The translations under genes and the position numbers were made by a program. Below are positions 12,776 through 26,555 of a stretch of 64,000 nucleotides of DNA, in pieces (the first letter of the stretch is position 1; each line of letters starts with the position of its first letter). Source of the stretch: the human T2T-CHM13v2.0 reference genome, Homo sapiens. The notes beneath the pieces are model-generated. The model was given only the letters and a program-made list of their open reading frames with translations, did no database searches and was not told where the DNA came from. The DNA lies in the NCBI RefSeq assembly GCF_009914755.1, contig NC_060940.1. One strand, written 5' to 3'.

Positions 12776-14653
12776 CTTGCTACTTGGGGACACATGTATA
12801 CATATATATACACTTAGAGAACCAAAGCTATGGTATGGGTTTTTATTTGCAATAGACAATCAGATTCATAAAACAAAAATAAGCTTTCATCTTACACTAT
12901 GTTAGCTTAGTTTTATGAAAGTATGCAGGGCAGTAAATGCATCAAGTATAGCATCTTCATCATTGAGAGACCTGACAGCTTCTAGAGTGAGCACATAGCC
13001 TCTTTCATCTCCTCACCTATATGGGCCATGCATGGCTTCTATAAATAAGACCCAAGATATCTGCAAGTCACTTTGATACAGAAAAGAAGCCACCTCAGGC
13101 TTCCACCAATCTTTTATGCTATTTGAGTCACATAGGTTTAAAATTGTCCTGACCACACAGCTCTACAAAACCAGGTGTGTCACCAAGTAGCAAGTGAAGC
13201 ACCACTATATTCTGCATTTATCTTAACCCTAGAGTTCCTAAGGAAATATGACTGTGACATAAGAAATACAAAGTTCAAGGTCCCTCCAAGCCAAATCTGC
13301 AGAAACTGGGTCTAAGAAATCTGCTAATCACAACCATATAATAACCGTAAAATTTGGCAAATGCTAACATATAGGTATGTGAATTTCTATGGAATAAAAA
13401 TAAAAGTATTTAATCCTAAGTGGGATATGCAGAAAAGGCTTTACACAGGAGATTACATTTGTGTTTATTGAGAAAATAAAGAAAAATTTTAGTGGCTGGA
13501 AATAAAGCTTGGAACAATTTAGGCAGAAGAAAGAGTAGGTAGAAAAACAGACTTTTAGATATTTGAGGTAGGGTATTGAGACTTCAAGATGCTGGAAATA
13601 TTTTGAGGACAGAATTCAAGGGATATGAAACTAGAAGGAAGGCCAAGCCCAGTTGATTGGACTCTTTTGAATTAAAAATATTAATACTTTTTCTGCAATT
13701 ATTTTGACCATTCACGAATGCCTTGATTTATGTTTACATTATGAAAATATCAACATAAGTCACTATTAATCATGAGGCTATTCATAATTATGGAAAACAA
13801 AAATCACCTGAAATAGCAAAGGAAGATTTACTCCCCTCCACTTGAAGAAATATTGTATGTTTATTAATAAGGAATGGATATGTTGGATGTGTGTCAGGAA
13901 AGGTTATACCCCACAGTATATTAGGCATTTCTGAAATAAGGGAAATTGGAAGAAATTAGACCAGGGAGAGTAGAAGTACCAAAGTTTCCCAATTGAGAAT
14001 GGAAAATTCCTGATATACTGTCATCATAAATAACACAAATATTTTGTGATTTATTGTTTGCCGATACAGGATGTCTTAGAATAAAGTTTACGGTTTTATG
14101 TAAGCTAGATATATCTACTCCTCCCTCCAAAAATTTATTAAAGCATTTTTTTCTACTCATAGCAAAATGTTAACATCAAGCCAAGTTTCTATGATTTCTC
14201 TGACAATGCTGAAATAAAAATATGTCACAGGGACAAAAAGACTCTGAGTTAAATCCCAGGGAATTAAAGTGATTTTTTTCTGAAATCTCCTGCATTGTTA
14301 CATTAGTACTTGTATGTCTTTGAAAATTTATATTGAACTGATATGGCTTCTTATAAAATGATTTAATTTAATACCAAAATCAGTGATTTAACTAAGCATA
14401 ATTTAGAAGAAATTAGGATGCTGCTTATTGCATTCTCTTTAACCAAGACTTTATGACTATTTTGATTTTTATTACAAAAAAGTGCATAGTTATTTTGGGA
14501 GTGTTTACTTCATTCTTTAACATCCATTCTTTAACATTTCACAGCCACAACCAGTTTAGTTACATGCTTAGAGCAAATTTACCTCCTTGACTACATTTTT
14601 TAAAATTCTGTATTTAGAAGCTGTATTTTTAATTTTTCTTCACTTTAGAAATC

Positions 14654-15341
14654 AAAGTGGCTATTATTTTTTTAAAAGATGCTGACAAGGTTGCAGAGAA
14701 AATAGAACATTTATACATTGTTGGTAAGGGTTTAAATTAGTTCAACCATTGTGGAAAGCAGTACGGCAATTCCTCAAAGAGCTAAAAGCAGAAATAGCAT
14801 TCAACTCAGCAATCTCACTACTGGGTATATACCCAGAGGAATATATGTCATTCTACCATAAAGATACATGCAGGTGAATGTTCACTGCAGCACTATTCAC
14901 AAAATCAAAGACATGGAATCAACCTAAATGCCCATCAATAACAGATTGGATAAAGAAAATGTGGTACACATACACCATGGAATACTATGCAGCCATAAAA
15001 AGAATGAGATCATGGCTTTTGTGGGAACACGAATGGAGCTAGAGATTATTATCCTTAGCAAATGAATGCTGGAACAGAAAACCAAATACTGCATGTTCTC
15101 ACTTATAAGTGGTAACTAAATGATAAATCCTCACAAATACAAAGAGGTGAACAACAGACACTGGGATCTACTTGAAGGCGAAGGTTGAGAGGAGGGAGAG
15201 GAGCAGAAAAGGAAATTATTGGATACTAGGCTTAATATCTGGCTGATTAAATCATCTGTACAACAAACCCTGTGACACAGTTTCACCCGTGTAACAAATC
15301 TTCATATGTACCCTCAAACCTAAAATAAATGTATTAAAAAA
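14654..15341 (+). mobile_element. L1PA15/16-like LINE-1, 5' truncated (ORF2 end plus 3' UTR)
   Basis: aattagttcaaccattgtggaaagcagt...ggataaagaaaatgtggtacacatacaccatggaatactatgcagccataaaa...catatgtaccctcaaacctaaaataaa followed by an A tail. Confidence 0.92.
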
Positions 15342-16398
15342 GGACAATTATATATATGTTTCCGACAATGGATTCTATGCTCATTTATTAACAATTTGGA
15401 AGTTCAAAAAATGTAAAGAAGTAAATAATACCACCCATACCCTCCAACTTGGGTGAAATCACACCCACAGTTGTTATGGTTTCTTCTAGAAATTTTCATA
15501 TTTTAAAATATACATCCTGATATTTTCTCACCTAACATCAAGATGTAATCTTTCACCACGTATTATTAGTTATTTCATAAAACTCCCTTTAGTGCTTACA
15601 TGATACTTAAAGGATTGGTGGTATTGTCATTTATATTATGATTTTCAATCTGGGGTGATTTGTATGCAAGTTACTGTTTTGAGCTGGGGGTGGTGAACAT
15701 ATTTGCGAATATAGCTGGTTTTGGTTTAATGTTTTCTCATTGTGTGTTTAAAAAATGTTTATCATTTATTTCTTCAAGTTATCTGAAACAAGAAAGTCTA
15801 TTTTGGCTTAGAGGTAATCAGTAGGAAAACAATGGAAAGAAATGGCATTTTTCAGTACAAGTGAACCTTTGTTTGAGGCCTCTCAATTTCAAAATGATTC
15901 ATTATCAATCCATTTGCTCATCTGAGATACTTAAAAATAACTGAATATATAAGTTTACTTTGTGGATAAACTTGTAAAGATCTAATAATTATAGCTTTTA
16001 TAATGTATTTGTTTTTATTTATTTATTTAGTTAGTTAGCTGTTAGTTAATTCTTGCTATTGTCAGACATGGGGTTAGGTGCCAAGAGTGCTCTCACCTGA
16101 TCACCATAGGTATTCCAAGGCTTACACGGCGTACCCACAGATACACAGCTAAGTAGAGGCGGAACCAAATAGTCAGAATAAACAATTTCTAGTGCTAGCA
16201 CAATTAACTAATGTGTTCTATGTAAAGTGGGCATCATCCCTCTATTAGGGAAGATACCCTCACTATGTTTTATTATAGCCCTTTCCATTCCTCTTTATCC
16301 TCAAAAAAAGCAATGATCATATTTTGTTTTTGTTTTTGTTGCCTTTGTTTAACTGTCTATATTTACGCCATTTCAGCTGACCCTTCCTTCTGGGTCTT

Positions 16399-16743
16399 TG
16401 TTTCGAGTATTATTCTCTGGAGGAAAGATTCTGAGATAGAGATAACCAGGCAGGATATTTTCGCAGGGAGAATTCTTAGGATAAGCATCTGAGAAAGGGA
16501 GGTGTTGGCCAGATGGAAAGCTGGATGCCTGTTCAGATTTGCGGACTAAGTCTTTGGACTCCCATGGTGCCCAGGAAAGAGACACGACCCCTGAATGATG
16601 TTGTTTTCTACATCTGAGACAATCCACGGAGGGGGCTGACAACTGACAGCTAAGGGTCATCTTGGAAGCACTCCCTCAGATGGAAAAATGAGCCTCTAGT
16701 TCCTGAAGGGCAATCTGTGCAGTGCATCACAGGATGCTCCACA
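16399..16743 (-). mobile_element. Second LTR16-family (ERVL) LTR remnant
   Basis: gagaattcttaggataagcatct and aatgagcctctagttcctgaagggcaatctgtgcagtgcatcacaggatgctccaca parallel the element at 8618-9012. Confidence 0.55.
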
Positions 16744-17424
16744 GTAATTATAAAACTCTTCTTTAATTCATAAGTGAAATAATATAAATTATGCATGTGT
16801 ATGCATACACATACGTACTCTACTGTATGCATAAATATATTGTTATAAATATCAAATAAGGTTACAGCATAGTCAATTAAAGACAGTTACTACAGTAACA
16901 CCTTATAAAATATTTAATGCACATACTTACATATGCAAAAATATATATGTGCATTTCTATGTAATCTGTGCTATTCCCAGATGTAAGAGACTCATTGAAA
17001 AAGCTAATGAATTCCTCAACTGCAGAAATAAATGTGTTCATGCATTAAATTTATTTTAGATCCTTGAATTAGGACAACTGATTGCTGTCCATTATAGACA
17101 GCATTTCTGAATTCCTGCATCTAGATGATTAATGATAGTGTAAATTGTACATGTTTACCACTATTAAAGAAAATAAATAAAGCTTCTGAGTGCCTCTGAT
17201 TGTATGTTCACAGTTGAACAAATTGTTTATTTTTATACATAGGCCAACAAACTATAATTCATGAATTTGACTTCTTCCTTAGCCTTAAACTGTTTCTTCT
17301 GTAGCCTAGGAAAATGATATAGAGAATTCAAGCTGCCCCTCTGGGGAGAGTTCCGAGAGGCAGAACCAGAGCAGAGTAGACATTTCAGAGAAAGAAAAAG
17401 AGAAAAACAGCTGTACTCTCTATA

Positions 17425-17595
17425 TTTTATTCCATTTAATCTTCACAATACACCCTAATCAAAAGGCACTTCCAAATAAAAAATCCACATTAAAGATTTT
17501 AGATTAACTTGTCCAAGATCATATATGAAATATTTTTGCAGCGCCAGGATGAACCTTGTTCTATTGACCCAAAGTGCAAGTTTTAATCCTCTTCC
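17425..17595 (-). mobile_element. MIR
   Basis: catttaatcttcacaata...agattaacttgtccaagatcata...gccaggatgaacc. Confidence 0.55.
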
Positions 17596-18704
17596 ACCTA
17601 CTAGGAAAATTTTTCAAAGGTATACTTGTATTTGAGGTAGCTAACTGGGAGCACCTATAAGATGAGTGCCCTGGTGTAACACTAGACACTTTATTTTCCC
17701 ATTTTTCCTATCTTGACATGGATTTGTGACTATTCCTCTTTGGGAGAGAATCAATAGAGACGCATGAAAAAAAGAACTGAACTCTTAAAAATGTTACAAT
17801 CTTAAAGCAAATGAACCATTAAGGTATCCAGACAAAAGTCAAATGAAGCTCCTTGTGATTCTCTTGAAGAGTTGGATTAAGCTTCTTCAATTCTTGGACA
17901 AGTTTGCACCTGTCCACAGATTCTACTTTTCTTCCTTTAATAATTCAGCTATTGGCAGTTGGAGCTTTGCTTTTGCTTCATTACTCTCCTCTTGGGAAGT
18001 AATATTTCCTCAAAAATTTGGTGACATTTTTATTTCTCATGTTTAAAGGATCCCTCTCCATCTCTTCCAGGGGTCACACATTTCTACCATCTCAGACAGA
18101 TGGACTCTCTCATTCTTATCCAGGCTGGCAGTGTTCAAATTCAGGTGCTTATTTTTTTCCTTTGATCTACCACTGCTCATTTACATCTCTGTCCATTAGA
18201 CAGAAGTGTCAGTGCCTTTCCTTTTTTTTTTTTTTGCCTCCATATTACAACTCAATGAACTTGCATTAGTAGATATATTTTGGATTTTTCTAAAAGTATA
18301 AGGGTTTTTAAATTATCAATGAAAAGCTGATTAAATGAAAGTGGAATTAATATAAAATGTTAATTATTTAAAAACTGCAGTAAGACGAGATCATGGCATG
18401 TTTTAAATATACATAAATATTTTCATATATAGATTGAAGACAATCTATATATGCACTAATGGTCTTTTTCTCTGTGTCTGTGGGTCTAATTTTGAATATT
18501 GTTAAGGCCCTGCTTGGATGTCAACGTATCCAAGTAGCTTTCAATGTTTTTCTCCCAAATTACCAAGCATATTAATGTTTCTCATATTGAATTATATTTT
18601 ATCAAATCAAATTTTATAACAGATTAGTATTTTTCCTGAGTTACAATATTTGAAACTAGCAAGCTCCAGAAGAGAAGAAATTAGCTTAGAGAGAAAAGAA
18701 AAAA

Positions 18705-18920
18705 AACAGATTTAGAACCAGGCCTCTGGTTATTAATGATTATCAGACATTGATTTGGTTGCTTAATCTCTCTAAGCCTCATTTTTCTCATCTCTAAAAT
18801 GGTGCTAATACCAATGCCTATGTTTTAGCATTGTTGTGAGGACCAAATAAATTTTTATATGTAAAATTCTTAACTCAAAATGGGAACCATGCTAACTTTT
18901 TGAAAATGCTTTACTATTGA
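18705..18920 (+). mobile_element. MIR
   Basis: ttgcttaatctctctaagcctcatttttctcatctctaaaatgg...ttgttgtgaggaccaaat. Confidence 0.75.
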
Positions 18921-19179
18921 TATGAAGTGTTTTGGAGCTCAAGATATGTGGGTCTCCAATAGCAAGACAGTTATCCACACTGAGTTTTAGTGATTTCAGC
19001 TCTGCAATGAGAAAAAGAAGAAAACAAACAAACAAAAACAAAAGCAAGGTCTCTCCTTGGCTTTTGAGAAGGCAGGTTTTGTTTGTTTGGCTTTGTTTAT
19101 GTCATCATGATCAGCATGCCTATTTTAACTGTGTCCTTACGTGACCAGCATCCCCACTGCGTAGCGCTGTGTTGGATTA

Positions 19180-20107
<928 letters not shown>

Positions 20108-20178
20108 TACAGTAACCAAAATAGCATGGTACTGGTACAAGAACAGACACATAGACCAATGGAACAGAATAGAGAACC
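20108..20178 (+). mobile_element. Short sense L1P ORF2 piece, an inverted copy of 20905-20975
   Basis: tacagtaaccaaaatagcatggtactggtacaagaacagacacatagaccaatggaacagaatagagaacc is the reverse complement of 20905-20975 with about 3 mismatches. Confidence 0.9.
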
Positions 20179-20359
20179 ATCCTTTGCTTCTGATGAGAAT
20201 ATAGCTGTCATTGAGATTTCCTTGTAAGTAATGAGCCATTTCTATCTTTCTGCTTTCAAGATGTTCCCTTTCTATCTGGCTTTCAATAATTTTATTATGA
20301 TGTGTCTGTGGTGAATTTTCTGTATTTCTCCTATGTGGAGTTTTTATATGTATAGTGGG
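20178..20359. repeat. ~180-bp direct copy of 21572-21753
   Basis: catcctttgcttctgatgagaa...gtttttat.tgtatag-tggg occurs at both places, about 90-95% identical by eye. Confidence 0.95.
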
Positions 20360-21053
20360 CCATATGTGCGTCTTCTTTACAGAAGTGTCAGTTCATGTAC
20401 TTTGCCTACTTTTTAATGAAGCTGTTTCTTTCTTTCTTGTAAACTTGTGTAAGTTCCTTATATATGCTGGATATTAGGATTTTGTCAGATGCATAGATTG
20501 AAAAAATTTTCTCCCATTCTGTAGGTTGTCTGTTCACTCTGTTGATAGTTTCTTTTGCTGTGCAGAAGCTCTTTAATTAGGTTCCATTTGTCAATTTTTG
20601 CTTTTGTTGCTATTGCTTTTGGTGCTTTCATCATGAAATATTTGCCTGTGCCTATGTCCTAAATGGTATTACCTAGGTTTTTTTTCTAGGATTTTTACAG
20701 TTTTGGGTTTTACATTTAAGTCTTTAATCCATCTTGTGTTGATTTTTGTATACAGTGTAAAGAAGGGGTCCAGTTTCATTTTTCTGCATATGGCTAGCCA
20801 GTTTGCCCAAAAACATTTACTAAATAAGGAATCCTTTCCCTGTTGTTTGTTGTTGTCAGATTTGTCAAAAATAAGATGGTTGTAGGGGTGCAGTCTTATT
20901 TCTGGGTTCTCTATTCTGTTCCATTTGTCTATGTGACTGTTCTTGTACCAGTACCATGCTGTTTTGGTTACTGTAGTACTGTAGTATAGTTTGAAGTCAG
21001 GTAGCATGATGTTTCTAGTTTTGTTCATTTTGCTTAGGATTGTTTTGACTATT
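20356..21053 (-). pseudogene. Internal L1P (L1PA/PB) ORF2 fragment with no 3' UTR or poly-A
   Basis: The ORF at 20669-21028(-), [47 protein letters not shown], is the L1 ORF2p post-RT region. Confidence 0.92.
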
Positions 21054-21092
21054 TTTCACAGAACTAGAAAAACTATTTTAAAATCCATATGG
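21051..21092 (+). mobile_element. Inverted ~42-bp L1P ORF2 piece
   Basis: atttttcacagaactagaaaaactattttaaaatccatatgg is sense L1 ORF2 lying just 5' of the adjacent antisense fragment in the consensus. Confidence 0.85.
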
Positions 21093-23650
21093 TTCTTACT
21101 AGTTTCAAATTCTTACCACAATCCATTTTTTCTTCTACTCACTTTATTTGTGCTGTTATCCTCAAATATACTACATTTTTATATGTTAAAAACCTCCAAA
21201 ATACAAATGTATATTATTTGGTACAGTTGGTTCTTAAGTCAGTTAGGAGAAGAAAGTAAAATAAATATATATTAATAAAGCCTTTTATATATACATAATT
21301 ATCTTTACCAGTGTTGTTTTCCGTGTGAATTTTAATTATGCTCTGGGGTCGTTTGCTTTTACCCTGAAGAACTTCCTTTACAATTTCTTACAAGATACAG
21401 CCAGAAAAATACATAAATTCTCTAACATATTTGTCTTCTAACAACAAATTCTCACTTCTGTTTACATTTTGGAATGTCTATTTCAACATCATGTTTGAAA
21501 GATGACTTTATTGGGACATGGTTGGCAGTACTATTCTTTTGAAAATGTTGAATATCTTTACTGCCGTCTAACATCCTTTGCTTCTGATGAGAACATAGCT
21601 GTCATTGAGATTTCCTTGTAAGTAATGAGCCATTTTTATCTTTCTGCTTTCAAGATTTTCTTTTCTATCTGGCTTTCAATACTTTTATTATGATGTGTCT
21701 GTGGTGAATTGTCTGTATTTATCCTATGTGAAGTTTTTATTTGTATAGGTGGGTTTTTATCAAATTTAGAAAATTTTCAGCCATTATTTCTGCAAATACA
21801 GTGTTCTGCTCCTTCATGTCTCTCCTTTCTGTCATTCCTGTTACATATCTGTAGGTTCATTTAATGGTGTCCCATTTCTCTGAGGTTTTCTTCATTTACT
21901 TTGCATTATTTTACTCTGTTATTTGGACTGCATAATATCTATTAATCTATCTCCATGTTTGCTCTTTCTTCTTGTAGTTCAAGTCTATTGCTGAACACTT
22001 CTAGTGAACTTTTCATAACAGTTATTGTGTTTTACAACCCCCTCATTTTTATTTGCTTCTATTTTTATAATTTCTATTACTTTATTGATATTCTCTATTT
22101 GATGAGATTACCAATATACTTCCTTTACTTCTTCAAATATAGTTTTCTTCAGTTCTTTGAACATTTTTATAATGGCTACTTTGAAGTCACTGTCTATCTG
22201 ACCCAGAGTTGCTCTCACGGGCAGTTTTTAATGCCTATACTTTGTCTTGAGTACTAGCCAGGCTTCCTTTCTCCTTTGCCTGACTCCCAATTTTTGGTTG
22301 TAAACAGGATGTTTTCTATGATATACTGTAGCAACTTTGAATTCTACTTACACCGAGCCCTCCAAGACTTATGTTTTCTTGCTTGTATATTTGTTTAGTG
22401 ACTCCTTTTGTTACTGTAGTCATTACTCTTTCCCCTAAGTACAATGCTTCTGATGTTGCTCCACAGAGGGTGGAGTCTTGAACACAATTATAGTCACCCT
22501 CAGATGGCAGTGGCTTCCTCAGCATTCTTTTTCTCTGTCTTCCCCTCATGATGTAGCAGATAAGCTCCACTAATTGCCTGCTGTTTGCTCTTTTGTTTGC
22601 AACAATGTCTAGGGGAATGCATTCTATACAGGCTTGTCCAATTCAATTTGGACCCCTGCAGGATACATTTTGAGGTTAGTACTCAATATATGTTCTGATC
22701 TCAGGAGGCTATTTTTACCAGTCTATTTTCCTGGTTTTCTCTGATAGACTAGTTAGCCTGCAAGTTAGTTTGCAAGTTCATCTGTAATGAAGGTACCAGT
22801 CTTCTCTTAATTACTTTTCACCATAATCTCCATTGTTTTTGAAAGAACCACTGAGCTTAACTTCCCCACATTCTGATGCAAAGTCAGTTCTTTGGGGGAA
22901 GTTTCGTAGCACTCCTTTTTGTAACCTGTCTCTCCATCTGGGCAAAATCCCTGAATCACTACTTTGTAGTTGGAAACAGACACAATGGCCCACTTCTTTC
23001 AGCATGACACCTCTGAATTAGAAACGGGTTATTTGACAGAGGGAAGTCAGTAGCCTCTAGTCTTTTCATCTTACCTCTTCCAGCATGGGGCATTCCACCT
23101 TACTAAAGATCCGGGTCAAGAATAACCAGAATTCCAGTATTCATGGTGAACCATGCCCAAGGTAGACTCTCCATCTTATGAGTGGAGGTTGTGTGAAAAA
23201 ATAATACATCTCCTTCCTGGGCACACTCATCTGAAACTCAGTATTTTTAACGTATCTAATGATGTCCTACCATTTATTGGAAGAGACTGTAGACCTACAC
23301 AGGCAATTAGAGTTAGTAAAACTCCTGTGTTCTTGACTGCACTCATCTAGAATGGAGTTTCTGTCACACTGGGAGCTGGGAGAGGATAAGGAAGAAACGA
23401 CTGGTTCAAATGCTACACACTCTCTTCTCCTTGTGTTTTAGTAGACACTCTTGAATAAATGTTTCTTCATTTGTTGTATGATATTAGGCCCATTTCCAGA
23501 GACTTCAAGTGCTTCTTTCTGTATAATTTTTATGAGTTTCACTAATGAGTCGGTCTATAGAACATCTCATTACTCTTCTGGAATTATACTGCACTTTTTA
23601 GTATGTTTCTATATTTATTATTTCCTGGCTGTTATTTTCCATTTTTTATA
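21093..23650 (-). mobile_element. Old L1M inter-ORF, ORF1 and 5' region remnant
   Basis: tttctgatgagaa..gctgtc, ctgctttcaagattttc, ttttatcaaatttagaaaattttcagccattatttct and ttcttcagttctttgaacatttttataatggctactttgaagtc are antisense L1M ORF1 hallmarks; distal end approximate. Confidence 0.75.
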
Positions 23651-23979
23651 TATCACAAGTGTTTTTATTTCAGTTCTATTATAATAGCTGTGTTAAAGTT
23701 CTTTTCCATTAATTTAAACATCTGAGTCATCTCAGGGTCTGTTTTATTGACTTTACTTTTAGTATGACTCATGTCTTCCTATTTAACCTTGGTTTATATT
23801 TTACTTCATTGTTACTTGCTGGACTCTGGGAGTAATAAGTTGTGGGGAATACCAGAGGCCATCTTCCCTTAAAGGATGTTGATTGTATTCTGTTGGTAAC
23901 TGACTGTTATCTCCTGGTCAGCATTCAGTCTTAGTTCTATTTTTTATTAGTTCTCTTTATCTTTTGGCCTAGCTTCTAA

Positions 23980-24330
<351 letters not shown>

Positions 24331-25211
24331 AAGTAGTATGCGATTCTTACCTGCTTGGTCTTTCATGAGTTTCAGTGAAATGCCTAAGATATTCAATAAG
24401 GTCTCTTAACCTTGACTGGACCAGAATTTCTATGTCTGGAGGCCTACATAAACTCTGCTATTTCTATTCAGTTCTCAGCTCTTTATTAACATTTCTGCCA
24501 GTCCTCCGTGTGACTCAGCCTATGCAAAAACAACACACCCCTCAGCCTAGGATCTATAATAAATGCTCATGCAGAATTGTATCCTTTCTCTTTCCAGTTC
24601 CCTATTCTCTGGTAACTTACTCCAACATTGTAGCTACTTCAGTACCTCAGAGCACTGATCTGTCTCTTCTGGTTCCACATGCTCTGTCTAGCCTTTATCT
24701 CCTTGATCTGAAGCATGTTACAGGCCTACAGCAGAAAGCCAGGAAATATGTTGGACTCACCTAATCTGCTTGCTCTAAAATTTTACAAGCATGTGCTACT
24801 TGTTGCTCATTGTCTGAACATAGAGAATTTACATATTTTTTCTGGCTGTATAGCTTCTTTCAGTATGAAGAAAAGTCTTGTAACAGTTATACTCTTGTGT
24901 GGCTGGAAGCAGATGGCTTTATGTTTTTTTCTTAAGCTGATGGAAATAATTATTTTCACCCATAGACTTTCTGGGAAGTGTTTATTCGTAGGACCCATGG
25001 AATATTTGGTGAGCAAGTCTCCAAGAAAGACTGGGTCTCATGCCAATATGAGTTGTAGGAATACAAAGTCATTGCTATTTTATTAAAGAAATGTATTTTT
25101 ATTATGTACTCCAACCTTAAAAGTACGTTGGGTTATAACAACATGGTGTATCTTGTACATGAAGTTTCCATTCACTGAGATATGAGCTACAACTTATAAA
25201 GCTAGTTTTGA

Positions 25212-25647
<436 letters not shown>

Positions 25648-25991
25648 TCAACTTTTATTTTCGATTCAAGGGGTACATGTGCAGGTTTGTGACAAGGGTA
25701 TATTGCATGATGCTGAGGTTTTGGGTACAATTAAACATGTTTCCCAGATAGTAAGCACAGTATCCCATGAGTAGTTTTTCAACCCTTGCCCACCTCCTTT
25801 CCTCCCTTCTTTTGTAGTTCCCAGTGTCTATTATTCCCATTTTTATCTCCATGTACACCCAATGTATATTCCCGCTAATAAGTGAGAACACTCGGTGTTT
25901 TGTTTACTGTATCTGCATTAAGTTTGCTTAGGATAATGGCCTCCAGCTGCATCCATGTTGCAGCAAAGAACATAGTTTCATTCTTTCTTTT
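25648..25991 (-). mobile_element. L1PB/L1PA17-like 3' UTR fragment
   Basis: tcaacttttatttt.gattcaaggggtacatgtgcaggtttgt...ggataatggcctccagctgcatccatgttgc. Confidence 0.88.
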
Positions 25992-26555
25992 AAGCCATTA
26001 TAGTTAACCAAGAGGAAGTCTAAGACCAAAGCTCCATCAAGTACCTATGGCTTCAACCAGGATATAAAAACCTATGATCACAATATCATTTCTAGCCCTC
26101 ACTGAATGCCAGAATAAATGTACAGTTTTTAATGTATCCTGGTTAGATTTATCTAGTAAGTTAAACAGAGATAATTCTGAGGAGTCACGGCACAGTGATA
26201 TTGTCACGGGATCCTTGAGGTGTTGCTTCGCTAGCTGGAAACCTTTGTGGCTGGCAGTGTCTTCTGCCTGAGTATTGCTTGTGCCCACTGACCTCGTTCC
26301 ACCCACTTGGTCCAGCAGGCTGTGCTTGGCTCGTGCTACCAGCCCAGATCCCACAACTGCCAAGGGCTAGTCAGGTGCAGGCAGAGTGGCAAGGGGTGTG
26401 TGGGCGAGTAAGCGTGGGATTCGGCCACTGCACACAGCCAGGCACACTGGCTGCTGTGGCAGCTGGGTGGCTCCAGGCACTGGCACAGTGGCCAGCTCCA
26501 TGGAGGCTGTGGCTAGAGCAGATGTACTACATGCAGCTTCTGCTGGAGGTACCTG

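Noticed and set aside
12284-12855. Pro/His-rich ORFs
   Set aside because: Produced by the G-rich low-complexity tract and TA/CA repeats
16790-16817. 18-bp palindrome atgtgtatgcatacacat
   Set aside because: Within alternating purine-pyrimidine low-complexity sequence, where such palindromes are expected
20669-21028. 119-aa ORF with real protein similarity
   Set aside because: A dead L1 ORF2p fragment without promoter or full frame; annotated as a retroelement remnant
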